DNA of 64,000 nucleotides from NCBI GenBank assembly GCA_015163875.1, contig JAAOIH010000001.1:17641-81640 (forward strand), in the 5' to 3' direction. The position numbers and the translations under genes were made by a program. This stretch comes from Bdellovibrionales bacterium. GTDB lineage: Bacteria > Bdellovibrionota > Bdellovibrionia > Bdellovibrionales > UBA1609. Positions 29,553-39,549 of this stretch are shown piece by piece (positions within the stretch are counted from its first letter, which is position 1; each line of letters opens with the position of its first letter). The notes below the pieces were generated by a model that made no database searches, was not told the origin of the DNA, and saw nothing but the letters and a program-made list of their open reading frames with translations.

Positions 29553-31910
29553 CTAAGCTGCATTTTGTTTTTCTATACCACTGCCAAGAAGCTCTGTTTT
29601 TTGTAAGCTAGTATTAAATGCTAAAGTTAATACCTCATCTAAATGCTCTACAAATAAAAATTGAATTTGTGATCTTAAATTTAATGGAATATCTTCTACA
29701 TCTTTTTTATTTGCTAATGGTAAAATAATTTTATAAATTCCATGTGCGAGTGCTGCGATGCACTTTTCTTTAATTCCGCCAACTGGCAAAACTCTTCCAG
29801 TTAAAGTTAACTCTCCAGTCATAGCTAAATCTTTAGAAATTGGCTTATCACTCATAACACTAATAAGCGTAACTGCCATAGTGATACCAGCAGATGGGCC
29901 ATCTTTTGGAATCGCCCCAGCTGGTAAATGTAAATGAATATCATATTTTTCAAACCATTTTGGTTTAATTTCTAATGCAGAGTAATGTGCTTTTGCATAA
30001 GAAAAAGCAGCCTGTGCAGATTCTTTCATTATGTCACCAAGCTGACCTGTTAATTGCAACTGACCCTTTCCTTCTTTTTTTAAAGCTTCTACATATAAAA
30101 TTTCTCCACCTACAGATGTCCAGGCAAGGCCCGTGCTAACTCCAATTGAATTTTCTTGTAATTGGTTTTCTTTTAAAAAGTGTGGAACACCTAAAAAATC
30201 ATGCAAGTTTTTTTCTGTTACTACAATTGCGGATTCTGTTTTTTCTACTATTTTTCTGGCCATTTTTTGACATACTTTTAATATTGTTCTTCCTAGCGTT
30301 CTTACTCCGGATTCGCGAGTGTATGCCTCAATCATTTTTATAATACTTGAGTTTTCAAATTTAATATTTTCTGAGGTTAGCCCAGATTGTGCAATTTGTT
30401 TTTTTACTAAGTACTGCTCTGCGATTAATAATTTTTCTTCTCTTGTGTATCCAGATAATTGTATAATATCTAATCTGTCTCTTAGGGCAGATGGTATATT
30501 TGCAAGATTGTTTGCAGTTGCAATAAAAATAGTTTTGCTTAAATCAAATTCAACATTAAGATAATGATCTTTAAAATGTTCATTTTGTTCTGGATCTAAA
30601 ATTTCTAACATTGCAGCACTTGGGTCACCCTTTCCATCGGCGCCAAGTTTGTCTAGCTCATCTAAAACAATAATTGGATTATTACTTTTTGTCTGTTGAA
30701 AAGCTTGAATAATTTTTCCAGGCATGGCGCCAACATAAGTTCGACGATGTCCTCTTAACTCTGATTCATCTTTTAAACCACCAAGTGCTATGCGATGATA
30801 TTTTCTTCCCATGGCTTTTGCGATACTTTTTCCTAAAGAAGTTTTTCCAACGCCAGGGGGCCCAACTAAGCAAAGTATAGATTGATTTAAATTAGATTCT
30901 TTTAATTTATTTACAGCTAAAAATTCTAATATATGATCTTTTACTTTTTCTAATCCGTAATGTTCTGAGTTTAAAATTTCTTCTGATTTTTTTAAATTAA
31001 TAACACTTTTTTCACCTATGTTCCAAGGCAGCTCCACAATAGTGTCTAGATAATTTCTTAATATAGAAAATTCACTAGACTCTGGGTGTATTGTTCCTAA
31101 ACGCTTTAATTGTTTTTCTACTTCTAGCTTTGTTTTTTTTGGAAATTTTATTTTACTAATTTGTTTTTGCAATTCTTGTATATCTTCTGACTGCTGATTG
31201 TTGTCTTGCTCTGTAAAATTACTATAATTAGTTGTATCATTTACAGTCGAAGGCTTGGTATTTTTTTGACCAGAACCTGATTGCAAAATATTAATCTCTG
31301 TATTTAGTATCTCTTTAATAAATAATAATTTTTTTTCTGATTCATTTTCTTCTAATAATTTTTGAGCACTTTGTAATTTTAAACCAAGGCTGTTAGCTAT
31401 TAAGTCACAAAAATGATGAATATTATTAATGTCGTCTAGTATGTTTAATATTTCTGGATTTAAAAGTTTTTTATAAGAATTTAAATATAATAAATCTTTT
31501 TTAATTCTAGCAACAGTAACTTCTGTTTCGTTATTAAAAGGAAGACTGTCTAATGCCAAGCTTATAGAGCTAATATTAGCCTGTAAAAATTCTGAATTTG
31601 AATTGTTACTAATAATTTTTGCCCTAGACTTTCCCTGTACTAAAATTTTAATTCTACCATCAGATAGTTTGCGCATTCGCAAAATACTTACAACACTTCC
31701 TACTTGAAAAAGGTCTGTAATATTTGGATTTTCTGTATTTTTATTTTTTTGAGCAGTAATAAATAGCTCTCTATTTGTAGACAAAGAATGAGAAATAGCC
31801 TGTATAGACTTTGGTCTCATTACATACAGCGGAATTATCATATATGGAAAAACAACTAAATCACGAACTGGCAATATTGCTAAGCTTATCTCTAAGTTTG
31901 TATTTTTCAT
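29553..31910 (-). CDS. lon: ATP-dependent protease Lon
   Basis: LON N-domain, Walker A GPPGVGKTS, catalytic PKDGPSAGITM serine motif. Confidence 0.97.
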   Translation of the reverse strand: MKNTNLEISLAILPVRDLVVFPYMIIPLYVMRPKSIQAISHSLSTNRELFITAQKNKNTENPNITDLFQVGSVVSILRMRKLSDGRIKILVQGKSRAKIISNNSNSEFLQANISSISLALDSLPFNNETEVTVARIKKDLLYLNSYKKLLNPEILNILDDINNIHHFCDLIANSLGLKLQSAQKLLEENESEKKLLFIKEILNTEINILQSGSGQKNTKPSTVNDTTNYSNFTEQDNNQQSEDIQELQKQISKIKFPKKTKLEVEKQLKRLGTIHPESSEFSILRNYLDTIVELPWNIGEKSVINLKKSEEILNSEHYGLEKVKDHILEFLAVNKLKESNLNQSILCLVGPPGVGKTSLGKSIAKAMGRKYHRIALGGLKDESELRGHRRTYVGAMPGKIIQAFQQTKSNNPIIVLDELDKLGADGKGDPSAAMLEILDPEQNEHFKDHYLNVEFDLSKTIFIATANNLANIPSALRDRLDIIQLSGYTREEKLLIAEQYLVKKQIAQSGLTSENIKFENSSIIKMIEAYTRESGVRTLGRTILKVCQKMARKIVEKTESAIVVTEKNLHDFLGVPHFLKENQLQENSIGVSTGLAWTSVGGEILYVEALKKEGKGQLQLTGQLGDIMKESAQAAFSYAKAHYSALEIKPKWFEKYDIHLHLPAGAIPKDGPSAGITMAVTLISVMSDKPISKDLAMTGELTLTGRVLPVGGIKEKCIAALAHGIYKIILPLANKKDVEDIPLNLRSQIQFLFVEHLDEVLTLAFNTSLQKTELLGSGIEKQNAA

Positions 31911-32007
31911 TGCGACCTTTCCTTTTGTTTATTAGGTATATATATAGGTCGGGTATTTTTGATAAATAGCTAATGGGCCATGGGTTAGTTTTTAAATAAA
32001 ATAACAG

Positions 32008-33978
32008 TTATTTTGTTTCTTTTTTGTATATTTGTATTTTATTTTTTTTAATTTGATACAAGCTTAGAGGGCGAGTAAATTCTCTGTTTTCAGAAATATA
32101 CAAAGTTTCAAATGCACCTAAAAAATTTGCAGTTTTACTCATTGCTGTTTGTAGCTGTAATCTAGTGCTAATATTGTTTTTAGTTAGTGTCTCTTTTACT
32201 AAATGTGCCGCCTCGTAAGCGTAGCTAGCTAAAAGATGTGGCCTTTGATAAAATATTTTTTTAAATTCTTTATAAAAAAAAGAATTTTTTTTATCTTTGT
32301 AGGTTAAACTAGAATCTGCAAATAATATTGGTGCTGTATATTTTGGAAGAAATTTTATTAATTTAGGTTTGTTCCACAAATTTGTTCCAAGCAAAAGAAT
32401 GTCATCTATTTCGTGATAAATTAACATATTACTAATTTGAATTAAACTTCTAAAAGTATCTGGAATAAATAATGCCTGAAATTGCAACACTGGTTTTAAT
32501 AAATTATCCACAGAAACACTGTGGGCACGCCTTTTATTTTTATTTTTACTAAGCCATTGTTTTAAAGATTTTTTGTATTCTTCTTCTCTGTCTTTTAAAA
32601 AATATAAACCAGAAAGGCTTTTTACTTCTTTGTTAAAATCTTTTTCTTTGGAGGGGTAAGACTGAGCACCCACAATAGATTGTTTATTTTCTAAGACTAT
32701 ATCCCAAAATAAATTTGAATGTTTTGTTCCATAAGCGTCGTTTGGATATAAAGTAGCCCACTTGTTTGCACTAAAGTTTTCTTGTATTGCATTAAACAAA
32801 ATTTCTAACTGCATTTTACTTGTAATAGAATTTCTAAATACATACGGACGATTTATAGTAATGTCTGGACTTTGAGAAAGCGAAATATAAGGAACCTCAA
32901 ATTGAGAGGCGGCTTTTGCAACAATTTTAGATGTTTTACTTAGTGGATTTCCAATAATTGCAATAACCTGATCTTGTGTTAACAGCTTGTGCACGGCAAG
33001 TTCTGTATGCTGATTGCTGCCGTGACTGTCTACTATAATTAACTCTAGCCACGAGTTAGATTTTTTATCCCAAATACCTAGGCCAAGTGAAACCGCATTT
33101 ACAATAGCCCTTCCAATTTTTTTATACTTTCCAGTTAGAGGAACAATAAGTCCAATTTTATTTTTATTTACACTTTTATATTTTTTTATTTTTTGCAAAA
33201 AAGAAAGGGCCGATTGTTTTTCATTTTGATCTTGAGATGTTTTAAATAACTGTAAAAACGTTTTTTTTGCTTCAGAAAAATTTTTTTCTTTTAGCATTAG
33301 TTTTCCGTATCTCATAAGGGCAAATATTTGTAAATCTGGATATTTTTTCTCTCTAACAAGTGTTGCAATTTCTTTTTCGCTTAAAAGATTTTTGACAATC
33401 CAGCTAATTTGTTTTTTTATTGCAAATTGCAAAGACTTGTTATCTGCCAAACTTTGGCCTGCAGCAAGTGCATTAAAATATTGTTGCAATTGGTAATAGT
33501 ATTTAAATAATTTTGTATATAAATAATTTTGCAATGGAGCATCTAGCTGTTTTATTTTTAATTGTAAAATAAAAGAAACTGCAAATTGATACTGTCGCCG
33601 CTCTTCAGAAAATTTTATTAATCTTAAAATTGCCCTTTTTATAAGAGGGCTATTGTATTTAGAAAGCGCAATTTGTTCTAGTAGTTGAATTTGTAAACCA
33701 AGGTCTCCAGATTTAAGGGCCAGCTTGCTTCTTAAAAAAAGAGATTGAAAAAAGCTATGAGTATTTGGATAAGTTTGCTCTATTATTTTTAATTTTTTAA
33801 TTAATTTAAAATCATTAATTTGTTTTTTATTGTATTGATATAAAAGAGTTTTTAACTGAGCCTTGGCAGACGGGTGCAGCCGAGGCTTGGGCTTTGGAAC
33901 AGGCACATGCGCACACGAGCTAAGATATAAATATGTAAATAAACTAAAAAAAAAAATTAAATAATTATTTTTAATCAT
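32008..33978 (-). CDS. LpoA-like lipoprotein (helical TPR-like N-domain plus LivJ-type periplasmic-binding C-domain)
   Basis: Lipobox LYLSSC. Helical repeat N-half. C-half resembles type I periplasmic-binding fold (IGLIVPLTGKYKKIGRAIVNAVSLGL). Start ATG 33978 overlaps the grpE stop by 8 nt; ORF extends to 34014. Confidence 0.55.
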   Translation of the reverse strand: MIKNNYLIFFFSLFTYLYLSSCAHVPVPKPKPRLHPSAKAQLKTLLYQYNKKQINDFKLIKKLKIIEQTYPNTHSFFQSLFLRSKLALKSGDLGLQIQLLEQIALSKYNSPLIKRAILRLIKFSEERRQYQFAVSFILQLKIKQLDAPLQNYLYTKLFKYYYQLQQYFNALAAGQSLADNKSLQFAIKKQISWIVKNLLSEKEIATLVREKKYPDLQIFALMRYGKLMLKEKNFSEAKKTFLQLFKTSQDQNEKQSALSFLQKIKKYKSVNKNKIGLIVPLTGKYKKIGRAIVNAVSLGLGIWDKKSNSWLELIIVDSHGSNQHTELAVHKLLTQDQVIAIIGNPLSKTSKIVAKAASQFEVPYISLSQSPDITINRPYVFRNSITSKMQLEILFNAIQENFSANKWATLYPNDAYGTKHSNLFWDIVLENKQSIVGAQSYPSKEKDFNKEVKSLSGLYFLKDREEEYKKSLKQWLSKNKNKRRAHSVSVDNLLKPVLQFQALFIPDTFRSLIQISNMLIYHEIDDILLLGTNLWNKPKLIKFLPKYTAPILFADSSLTYKDKKNSFFYKEFKKIFYQRPHLLASYAYEAAHLVKETLTKNNISTRLQLQTAMSKTANFLGAFETLYISENREFTRPLSLYQIKKNKIQIYKKETK

Positions 33979-34690
33979 TTGCTGGTTTGTCGTTGTTTGT
34001 GCTTTTGTCATCATTTGTTAATTCTGTATCTTTTGATTTAGCCGCAGAAACAATAACCTGACTTGGGCGAATAACTTTATCATGCAATTTATATCCAACC
34101 TTGCACTCTTTTATAATATAGCCAACTTTAACAGTTTCGCTATTTTCTGAACTAATAGCTTCGTGCAAGTGGGGATCAAATACTTTTTTATTTGTTTCTA
34201 TTTTTTTTAATCCATGGCTCTCTAGGCTTTTTGATAATTCTTCAGAAGTCATTTTAAAGCCAGTGTAAATATTTTCGTAATTGTCTTTTGTTATTTTTGT
34301 TTGCAGTGCCATTTCAAAAAGATCAGAGATTTTTAAAATATCTAGCATTATATTTTCTGATCCAAAACTTATAAGTCGTAATTGTTCTTTTGCCATATTT
34401 TTTTTATAATTTTCAAACTCTGCTTTTAAATATGCATATTGAGTTTTAAATTCATCGGACTCTTTTTTTGCTAATTCTAATGGAGAAAGTTTTGGAGATG
34501 TGTCTGTTTTTTTGTCATCTTTTGTGTCGTCTTTTTTATTTTCTTCAGAAAAATCTAAAGTAAGACCTTCTTCGCCCTCTTCTTGACCAGTGACTGCATT
34601 TTCTTCAGCGCTGTTTTCAGAGCTTTCATCTTTGTTGTTTTCTGTGCTGCCTTCTGTATTATTTTCTGTATTTTTTATATACTCATTCAT
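33971..34690 (-). CDS. grpE: nucleotide exchange factor GrpE
   Basis: Long helix plus C-terminal beta domain (FDPHLHEAIS...GYKLHDKVIRPSQVIVS). About 70-aa acidic N-terminal extension. Confidence 0.9.
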   Translation of the reverse strand: MNEYIKNTENNTEGSTENNKDESSENSAEENAVTGQEEGEEGLTLDFSEENKKDDTKDDKKTDTSPKLSPLELAKKESDEFKTQYAYLKAEFENYKKNMAKEQLRLISFGSENIMLDILKISDLFEMALQTKITKDNYENIYTGFKMTSEELSKSLESHGLKKIETNKKVFDPHLHEAISSENSETVKVGYIIKECKVGYKLHDKVIRPSQVIVSAAKSKDTELTNDDKSTNNDKPAND

Positions 34691-35832
34691 AGGCTTACCT
34701 TTAAAAATATATTATTGCTTATATTTATACCTTGGGGAGTTAATAGCCAAGTTTTTTTCTTATGAACAATAAGCTTTTCTTTAACAAAGCTTTCTAATTG
34801 CTGTTTTACCATTAGTAGACTGTCTGGGCCAAACTTCTTAAGTAATTTTTCTTCTGACAATCCCAAGCTTGTGCGTAAATGAGTATAGCAAAAATCTTGC
34901 AAGGACTCTGATTTTGACAATATCTCAAACTTTCTTTTGGGGTAGTAATCTAATAATTTTTTTAATTGTTTTTTTTCAACAGATTCTAAATATGTTTTCA
35001 TTGTAGAAGAATTCCATGCCCTTGCCCCCCATAATTCTTGTTTTGGAAAGTAAGAATGTGCACTTAACCCTATCCCCCAGTATGTTTGATCCTCCCAATA
35101 AAGACTATTGTGTTTGGATTTAAATCCAGGTTTTGAAAAATTAGATACTTCGTATTGTTGAAAATTATTTTTTATTAAATTTGTTCTAATATTATTTAGC
35201 ATAATAGCCTGCTCGTCATCTAGTGGTCTGTTTTTATTCATAGGATGAAATTTTTGAAGACTTAAAAGGTATGGACTAATGTGGGTAGCATTTGCGTCTA
35301 TAAATAATTTTGCATCTTTTTCTAGTAAATCTAAATTTTGTGTTGGCAAACCAAAAAGCCAATCTAAAGAAAAATTTAAACCTTGTAAAAGTTCTATACT
35401 TTTATGGTTATCTTTTAGGCTGTGTTCGCGGTTACAAATTTTTAACAACGAAGGCTGAAAACTTTGAATTCCCAAGCTAAAACGATTGATCCCTAAACTC
35501 TTATACTCTGATAATTTTTCTTTTGTTAAATTTTCTGGATTAATTTCTATGCTAACTTCTGTTTGCGAGCTTATAACAAAACCCGAAGACTTTAGCGCAA
35601 GCATAATTCTTTCTATTTGTTTAGTAGGAAATAAACTTGGAGTTCCACCTCCAAAATATAAAGACTCTAAATTTTTGTAACCAACTTGCGGCCCTCTATT
35701 TTTTATTTCTTTAATTATTCCGCTTGCGTAGTCTTTTAAATTATTTGAATTAAATTTTGTACGCACTGCAAAATCACAGTAACTACATCGCTTGCTACAA
35801 AAAGGAATGTGTATATAAATGCCAAATTTCAT
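34687..35832 (-). CDS. hemW: radical SAM heme chaperone HemW (HemN-like, oxygen-independent coproporphyrinogen oxidase family)
   Basis: YIHIPFCSKRCSYCDF (CxxxCxxC radical SAM), GGGTPS motif, 381 aa HemW-size. Confidence 0.85.
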   Translation of the reverse strand: MKFGIYIHIPFCSKRCSYCDFAVRTKFNSNNLKDYASGIIKEIKNRGPQVGYKNLESLYFGGGTPSLFPTKQIERIMLALKSSGFVISSQTEVSIEINPENLTKEKLSEYKSLGINRFSLGIQSFQPSLLKICNREHSLKDNHKSIELLQGLNFSLDWLFGLPTQNLDLLEKDAKLFIDANATHISPYLLSLQKFHPMNKNRPLDDEQAIMLNNIRTNLIKNNFQQYEVSNFSKPGFKSKHNSLYWEDQTYWGIGLSAHSYFPKQELWGARAWNSSTMKTYLESVEKKQLKKLLDYYPKRKFEILSKSESLQDFCYTHLRTSLGLSEEKLLKKFGPDSLLMVKQQLESFVKEKLIVHKKKTWLLTPQGINISNNIFLKVSL

Positions 35833-35873
35833 AATTATTATCTACTAAGGTCTAATTTTTTTAATACCAAGCT

Positions 35874-36413
35874 TTGGCCTTTTTGTTTAAAATGCTAATA
35901 TTATATATGTCAACTCAAGAACTTTTGTCTATAACCAATGACACCCAATCTTTTTTTTATTCCACCTTAGAAGATGCTGTAAAAAATAAAAAATTATTTC
36001 TGTCTCAGCCGCTACTTAAGTATCTTAGCTCTATTTTAGCTCACTATAGCCTAAGTAAAAATCTTTGTCAGGAAGATAGTCTTCATAGCGCCCTAGCAAA
36101 AAAATATAAAAAAGCCCTGTCTTTTAAAGATTTACAGCAAAAAATACTATTAAAACAGGTGGCAGAAGAAATCCTGTACACACTTGGTTTTTTTACTCCA
36201 TTTTTAAAGAAAAAAATAATTGGAGTGGGCTTTTATGTAAATCTTGGAACTTATTCTTATAAGCGATTATCCTCTGTTGAAAAGTCTGAAGAAAAAAAAG
36301 ATATTTTTTTATACTGCAGTGAAAATTTTTTAGCATTTTTAGACTTATTTCATTATATATCTAAAAACTGTCTTCATATTTCGGCCCATGTAAATAATTC
36401 TAAATCTTTGTAG
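35874..36413 (+). CDS. hypothetical protein
   Basis: Intact ORF with no recognised motif. ATG 35907 is the more likely start. Confidence 0.3.
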   Translation: MAFLFKMLILYMSTQELLSITNDTQSFFYSTLEDAVKNKKLFLSQPLLKYLSSILAHYSLSKNLCQEDSLHSALAKKYKKALSFKDLQQKILLKQVAEEILYTLGFFTPFLKKKIIGVGFYVNLGTYSYKRLSSVEKSEEKKDIFLYCSENFLAFLDLFHYISKNCLHISAHVNNSKSL

Positions 36414-36445
36414 TATTTTTTTTAATTAAGCGTATTGTTTTAGTT

Positions 36446-36712
36446 ATGTTTAATTTTGGTTTTTTTGAACTCATTTTACTTTTTATAATCATAGTAGTTT
36501 TTGTTGGGCCAGAGCAATTACCAACTGTAGCTAAAAATTTATTAAAATTATTAAACAGTTGGCGGCAAACAACAGAAAAAGTTACAGAAAGCGTTACAGA
36601 ACCATTAAATGATATAAAAAAACAAGTTAATAAATCTATTAACGAAAGTAGAGAGTCTTTATTAAAGCAAGCAGACGAGATTAAAGAAAAAACATCAACG
36701 GACAAAAATTGA
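36446..36712 (+). CDS. tatA: twin-arginine translocase subunit TatA/TatB family
   Basis: MFNFGFFELILLFIIIVVFVGPEQLP: canonical TatA/B N-terminal TM plus hinge and amphipathic helix. Confidence 0.8.
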   Translation: MFNFGFFELILLFIIIVVFVGPEQLPTVAKNLLKLLNSWRQTTEKVTESVTEPLNDIKKQVNKSINESRESLLKQADEIKEKTSTDKN

Positions 36713-37419
36713 AAAAACAAAGCTTAACAGATCACTTAATAGATTTACGAAGTTTTTTTATTCGCTCAGCATTTATTTTATTAATAGGGTTTTGTGTTTG
36801 TTGGTTTTATGTTGACGAATTATTTGAATTTGTTAGAGCCCCGATTGTTGGCTTTTTGCCAAATCAAGCACTAATTTTTATTTCGCCAACAGAAAAATTT
36901 ACCTCATATATTAAAGTTGCATTTTTATCCAGTGTGTTTTTTTCTATTCCATTTTTATTATATCAATTATGGATTTTTGTAGCCCCAGCCCTGTATAAAA
37001 AAGAAAAAAAATTTATGTTAGCATTTTTATTTATAGGCAGTTTTTTATTTACTACTGGAGTTGCCTTTGTTTATTTTATTGTGTTTCCAAATGCTTTTTC
37101 TTTTTTATTAAGCTTTGGCGCTTCTGCAGACCAAGCCATGATTAGTATTGCAGAATACCTGTCTTTCTTTTTTGTTATGTTTTTAGTTTTTGGCGCGGCC
37201 TTTGAAATGCCACTAATATTTTCTCTTTTGGCAGTAATGGGAATTTTATCTTCTAAATTTTTAAAATCATATCGAAGTTATGCCATTGTGTTACTATCTA
37301 TTGCCTCTGCAATTTTAACTCCGCCAGATATTTTTAGCATGGTGTTTATGCTGATCCCATTGTTATTGCTATATGAGATTTCTATTTTTTTTGTAAAAAT
37401 ATTAGAAAAAAAAGTTTAA
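36709..37419 (+). CDS. tatC: twin-arginine translocase subunit TatC
   Basis: LTDHLIDLRSFFIRS N-terminus, six TMs, 4-nt overlap with tatA. Confidence 0.95.
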   Translation: MKKQSLTDHLIDLRSFFIRSAFILLIGFCVCWFYVDELFEFVRAPIVGFLPNQALIFISPTEKFTSYIKVAFLSSVFFSIPFLLYQLWIFVAPALYKKEKKFMLAFLFIGSFLFTTGVAFVYFIVFPNAFSFLLSFGASADQAMISIAEYLSFFFVMFLVFGAAFEMPLIFSLLAVMGILSSKFLKSYRSYAIVLLSIASAILTPPDIFSMVFMLIPLLLLYEISIFFVKILEKKV

Positions 37420-37523
37420 GTACAGTGTTTTAAAAATCTTAAGTAATTTGTTGTTTTGTTTTTGCTAGATTTTTGTTAATTTTTTTCACACCTGAATGCT
37501 AAACATTTAACAGTAAGTCCATT

Positions 37524-37967
37524 TTATTTTTGTAATTTTTTACAAATTAAATAATCTGTAGATATTTTTCCAGGGCCCCAAAGTATTATAATAAATAATG
37601 CCAATCCCCAAAGCTTGTGATCGTAAAAACCACCACTCCACAAGGCGGGATAAGAAATTACCGCAACAGCATTTAAAATAAATAATTTTAAAGCAGAAAG
37701 TCTGGATAATATTCCTAAAACCAAAACAACTGGTAAAACTATTTCGCCAGCAGTTGCAAGATAAGCTGCAATATGAGGGCTGATTAGCGGGACTTTGTAT
37801 TCTTCTTCAAATAAATACAAAGTAGCGTCCCAACCAGATATTTTATTTAAGCCTGCTTTAAAAAAAATCCAACCAACATAAATCCTAATTGATAATAAAA
37901 AAATTGGCTGCAGATAATCAGATATTTTATTAAAAATGTTATTGTAATAAATTAAAAACTTTTTCAT
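37524..37967 (-). CDS. DoxX-family membrane protein (fourth gene of the RiPP operon)
   Basis: DoxX pattern (LLSIRIYVGWIFFKAGLNKI...GEIVLPVVLVLGILSRLSAL), 4 TMs. 19-nt gap after the DUF2063 gene. Confidence 0.8.
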   Translation of the reverse strand: MKKFLIYYNNIFNKISDYLQPIFLLSIRIYVGWIFFKAGLNKISGWDATLYLFEEEYKVPLISPHIAAYLATAGEIVLPVVLVLGILSRLSALKLFILNAVAVISYPALWSGGFYDHKLWGLALFIIILWGPGKISTDYLICKKLQK

Positions 37968-37986
37968 TTTGTTATCCTTTGTAAAA

Positions 37987-38757
37987 TTATTTTTTTAACA
38001 TAAAACTTTTTTGTTCTAAAAAAAATAACAACTCATTTTGTAAATTAAAACTGTCGTTTATCCTTATTGCTTTTTTTGTAGAGTAAACTATGCCCTTATT
38101 ATTGTTGATTTCTGTTAAAAAAGCAAAACTTTCTTTTTTAATGGCTAGTATTTGTGGAGTAAAATTATTACGAACAATTAAAAAATAAAATTTTTTGTTT
38201 TCTTGTATTTTTAATGTGTCAATTTTTGTTAATTTAATTATTTTATCTAATGGGTATGAAGATAAAATTAAATGACAAGACACATGAAGTCCAAGCCTTG
38301 TTAAAAGCGAATCTTTTTTCTGCTCTTTTGCAAATTCAACAATATTAAGACATTCTGTGTTTTTTGAATAGTAAGATAGTGATAATAAAAATTCTAATTT
38401 AGCCAAATCTGGCAAATAAAGAAGGTTTTTTGTATGTTTATAATGTTTTAAAAAATTACTAAACTCATGCCCATAATTTTGTATGCTTTCTTTTTTGGGA
38501 GGGTAAGCTTTAATGTAATCACGGGCGGTTTGCTCAAAGGTCTTTTTTCCAATAATTTCAAAAGTTTTAGAATAAGAAGTTTTTAAACTATCTATATGAG
38601 TAGAAAAAAAATTATTTTGATAAATTTGAATAAGTTGCAAGCTAGATAAATTATGATGGCTTGTGTATTTACCAAGTAGATTTGTATTTTTGCAAACCTC
38701 GCCAGTATTAAATAAATCTTTAATAAAATATTTTTGTATAGTTTTTATAGTTTTCAT
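37987..38757 (-). CDS. DUF2063-family protein (MbnC/BufC-like partner of the MNIO enzyme)
   Basis: IQIYQNNFFSTHIDSLKTSYSKTFEIIGKKTFEQTARDYIKAYPP...YLPDLAKLEFLLS matches the DUF2063 N-terminal pattern (vYrNn...L...fP...lG...F...yl...P...dlArlE). Confidence 0.8.
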   Translation of the reverse strand: MKTIKTIQKYFIKDLFNTGEVCKNTNLLGKYTSHHNLSSLQLIQIYQNNFFSTHIDSLKTSYSKTFEIIGKKTFEQTARDYIKAYPPKKESIQNYGHEFSNFLKHYKHTKNLLYLPDLAKLEFLLSLSYYSKNTECLNIVEFAKEQKKDSLLTRLGLHVSCHLILSSYPLDKIIKLTKIDTLKIQENKKFYFLIVRNNFTPQILAIKKESFAFLTEINNNKGIVYSTKKAIRINDSFNLQNELLFFLEQKSFMLKK

Positions 38758-38778
38758 TTTTAATAAATATTTTTGTAA

Positions 38779-39528
38779 TCAACAGATACTATTTATAATA
38801 TCTTGGGCTTTGTTTTTTTCATTTAATAATATTTGTATGTCTGGAATATTAGTGTCCCACTCTATTAGTGTATGCGCTTTTTTAAATATTTTAATGCTTT
38901 TAGAAAAAAGATCCCAAACCTCTTTTGATACAGAAGATCCATGATCGTCTATATAAATATTTATATTATTTTCTAAATTAATTTGGTGACCAGCTAAATG
39001 AATTTCTTGAACATCTAGATCTTTAATTTTATTTAAATATTCTAATGGATCAAAATTGTGATTTTTAGAGTTAACAAAAATATTATTTATATCTAACAAA
39101 ACTCCACAACCACTTTGACTACTGGCGCTTGATAAAAACTGCCACTCTGACATATCAGATTCAGAAAAACTTAAATAACTAGACGGGTTTTCTATTAAAA
39201 TTTTTTTATTAAGTAAGCTTTGTGCTTGGTCAATATTGTTAACAAAATTTTTTAAACTAAGCTTTGTGTATGGTATTGGCAAAAGATCATGTGTAAATAT
39301 ATTATCTAACCCGCTCCAGCTCATATGATCAGATATTAAAAAAGGCTGAAGTTTATCAGAAAGTTTTTTTATTTTTTTTGCGTAATCTAAATTAATAGAC
39401 TGACAAGACCCAAGCGAAAAACCAAGGCAGTGAAAGCTAATAGGGTAGTGTTTTCTTAATTTGTAAAGACAATCTATATGTTTTCCACCATCAGAAAAAT
39501 AATTTTCTGGATGAATTTCTAACCACAT
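38779..39528 (-). CDS. DUF692 / MNIO (MbnB-family multinuclear non-heme iron oxidase), main ORF lacking the conserved N-terminus
   Basis: WLEIHPENYF, ISFHCLGFSLGS, ISDHMSWSG, HDLLPIPYT, ILIENPSSYLSF, SEWQFL, GCGVLLDINNIFVNSKNHNFDP, EIHLAGH, IDDHGSSVSKEVW, TLIEWD are the DUF692 TIM-barrel signatures. No SD precedes ATG 39528. Confidence 0.85.
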   Translation of the reverse strand: MWLEIHPENYFSDGGKHIDCLYKLRKHYPISFHCLGFSLGSCQSINLDYAKKIKKLSDKLQPFLISDHMSWSGLDNIFTHDLLPIPYTKLSLKNFVNNIDQAQSLLNKKILIENPSSYLSFSESDMSEWQFLSSASSQSGCGVLLDINNIFVNSKNHNFDPLEYLNKIKDLDVQEIHLAGHQINLENNINIYIDDHGSSVSKEVWDLFSKSIKIFKKAHTLIEWDTNIPDIQILLNEKNKAQDIINSIC

Positions 39529-39549
39529 ATTTTTATATTTTTTTTTTTA

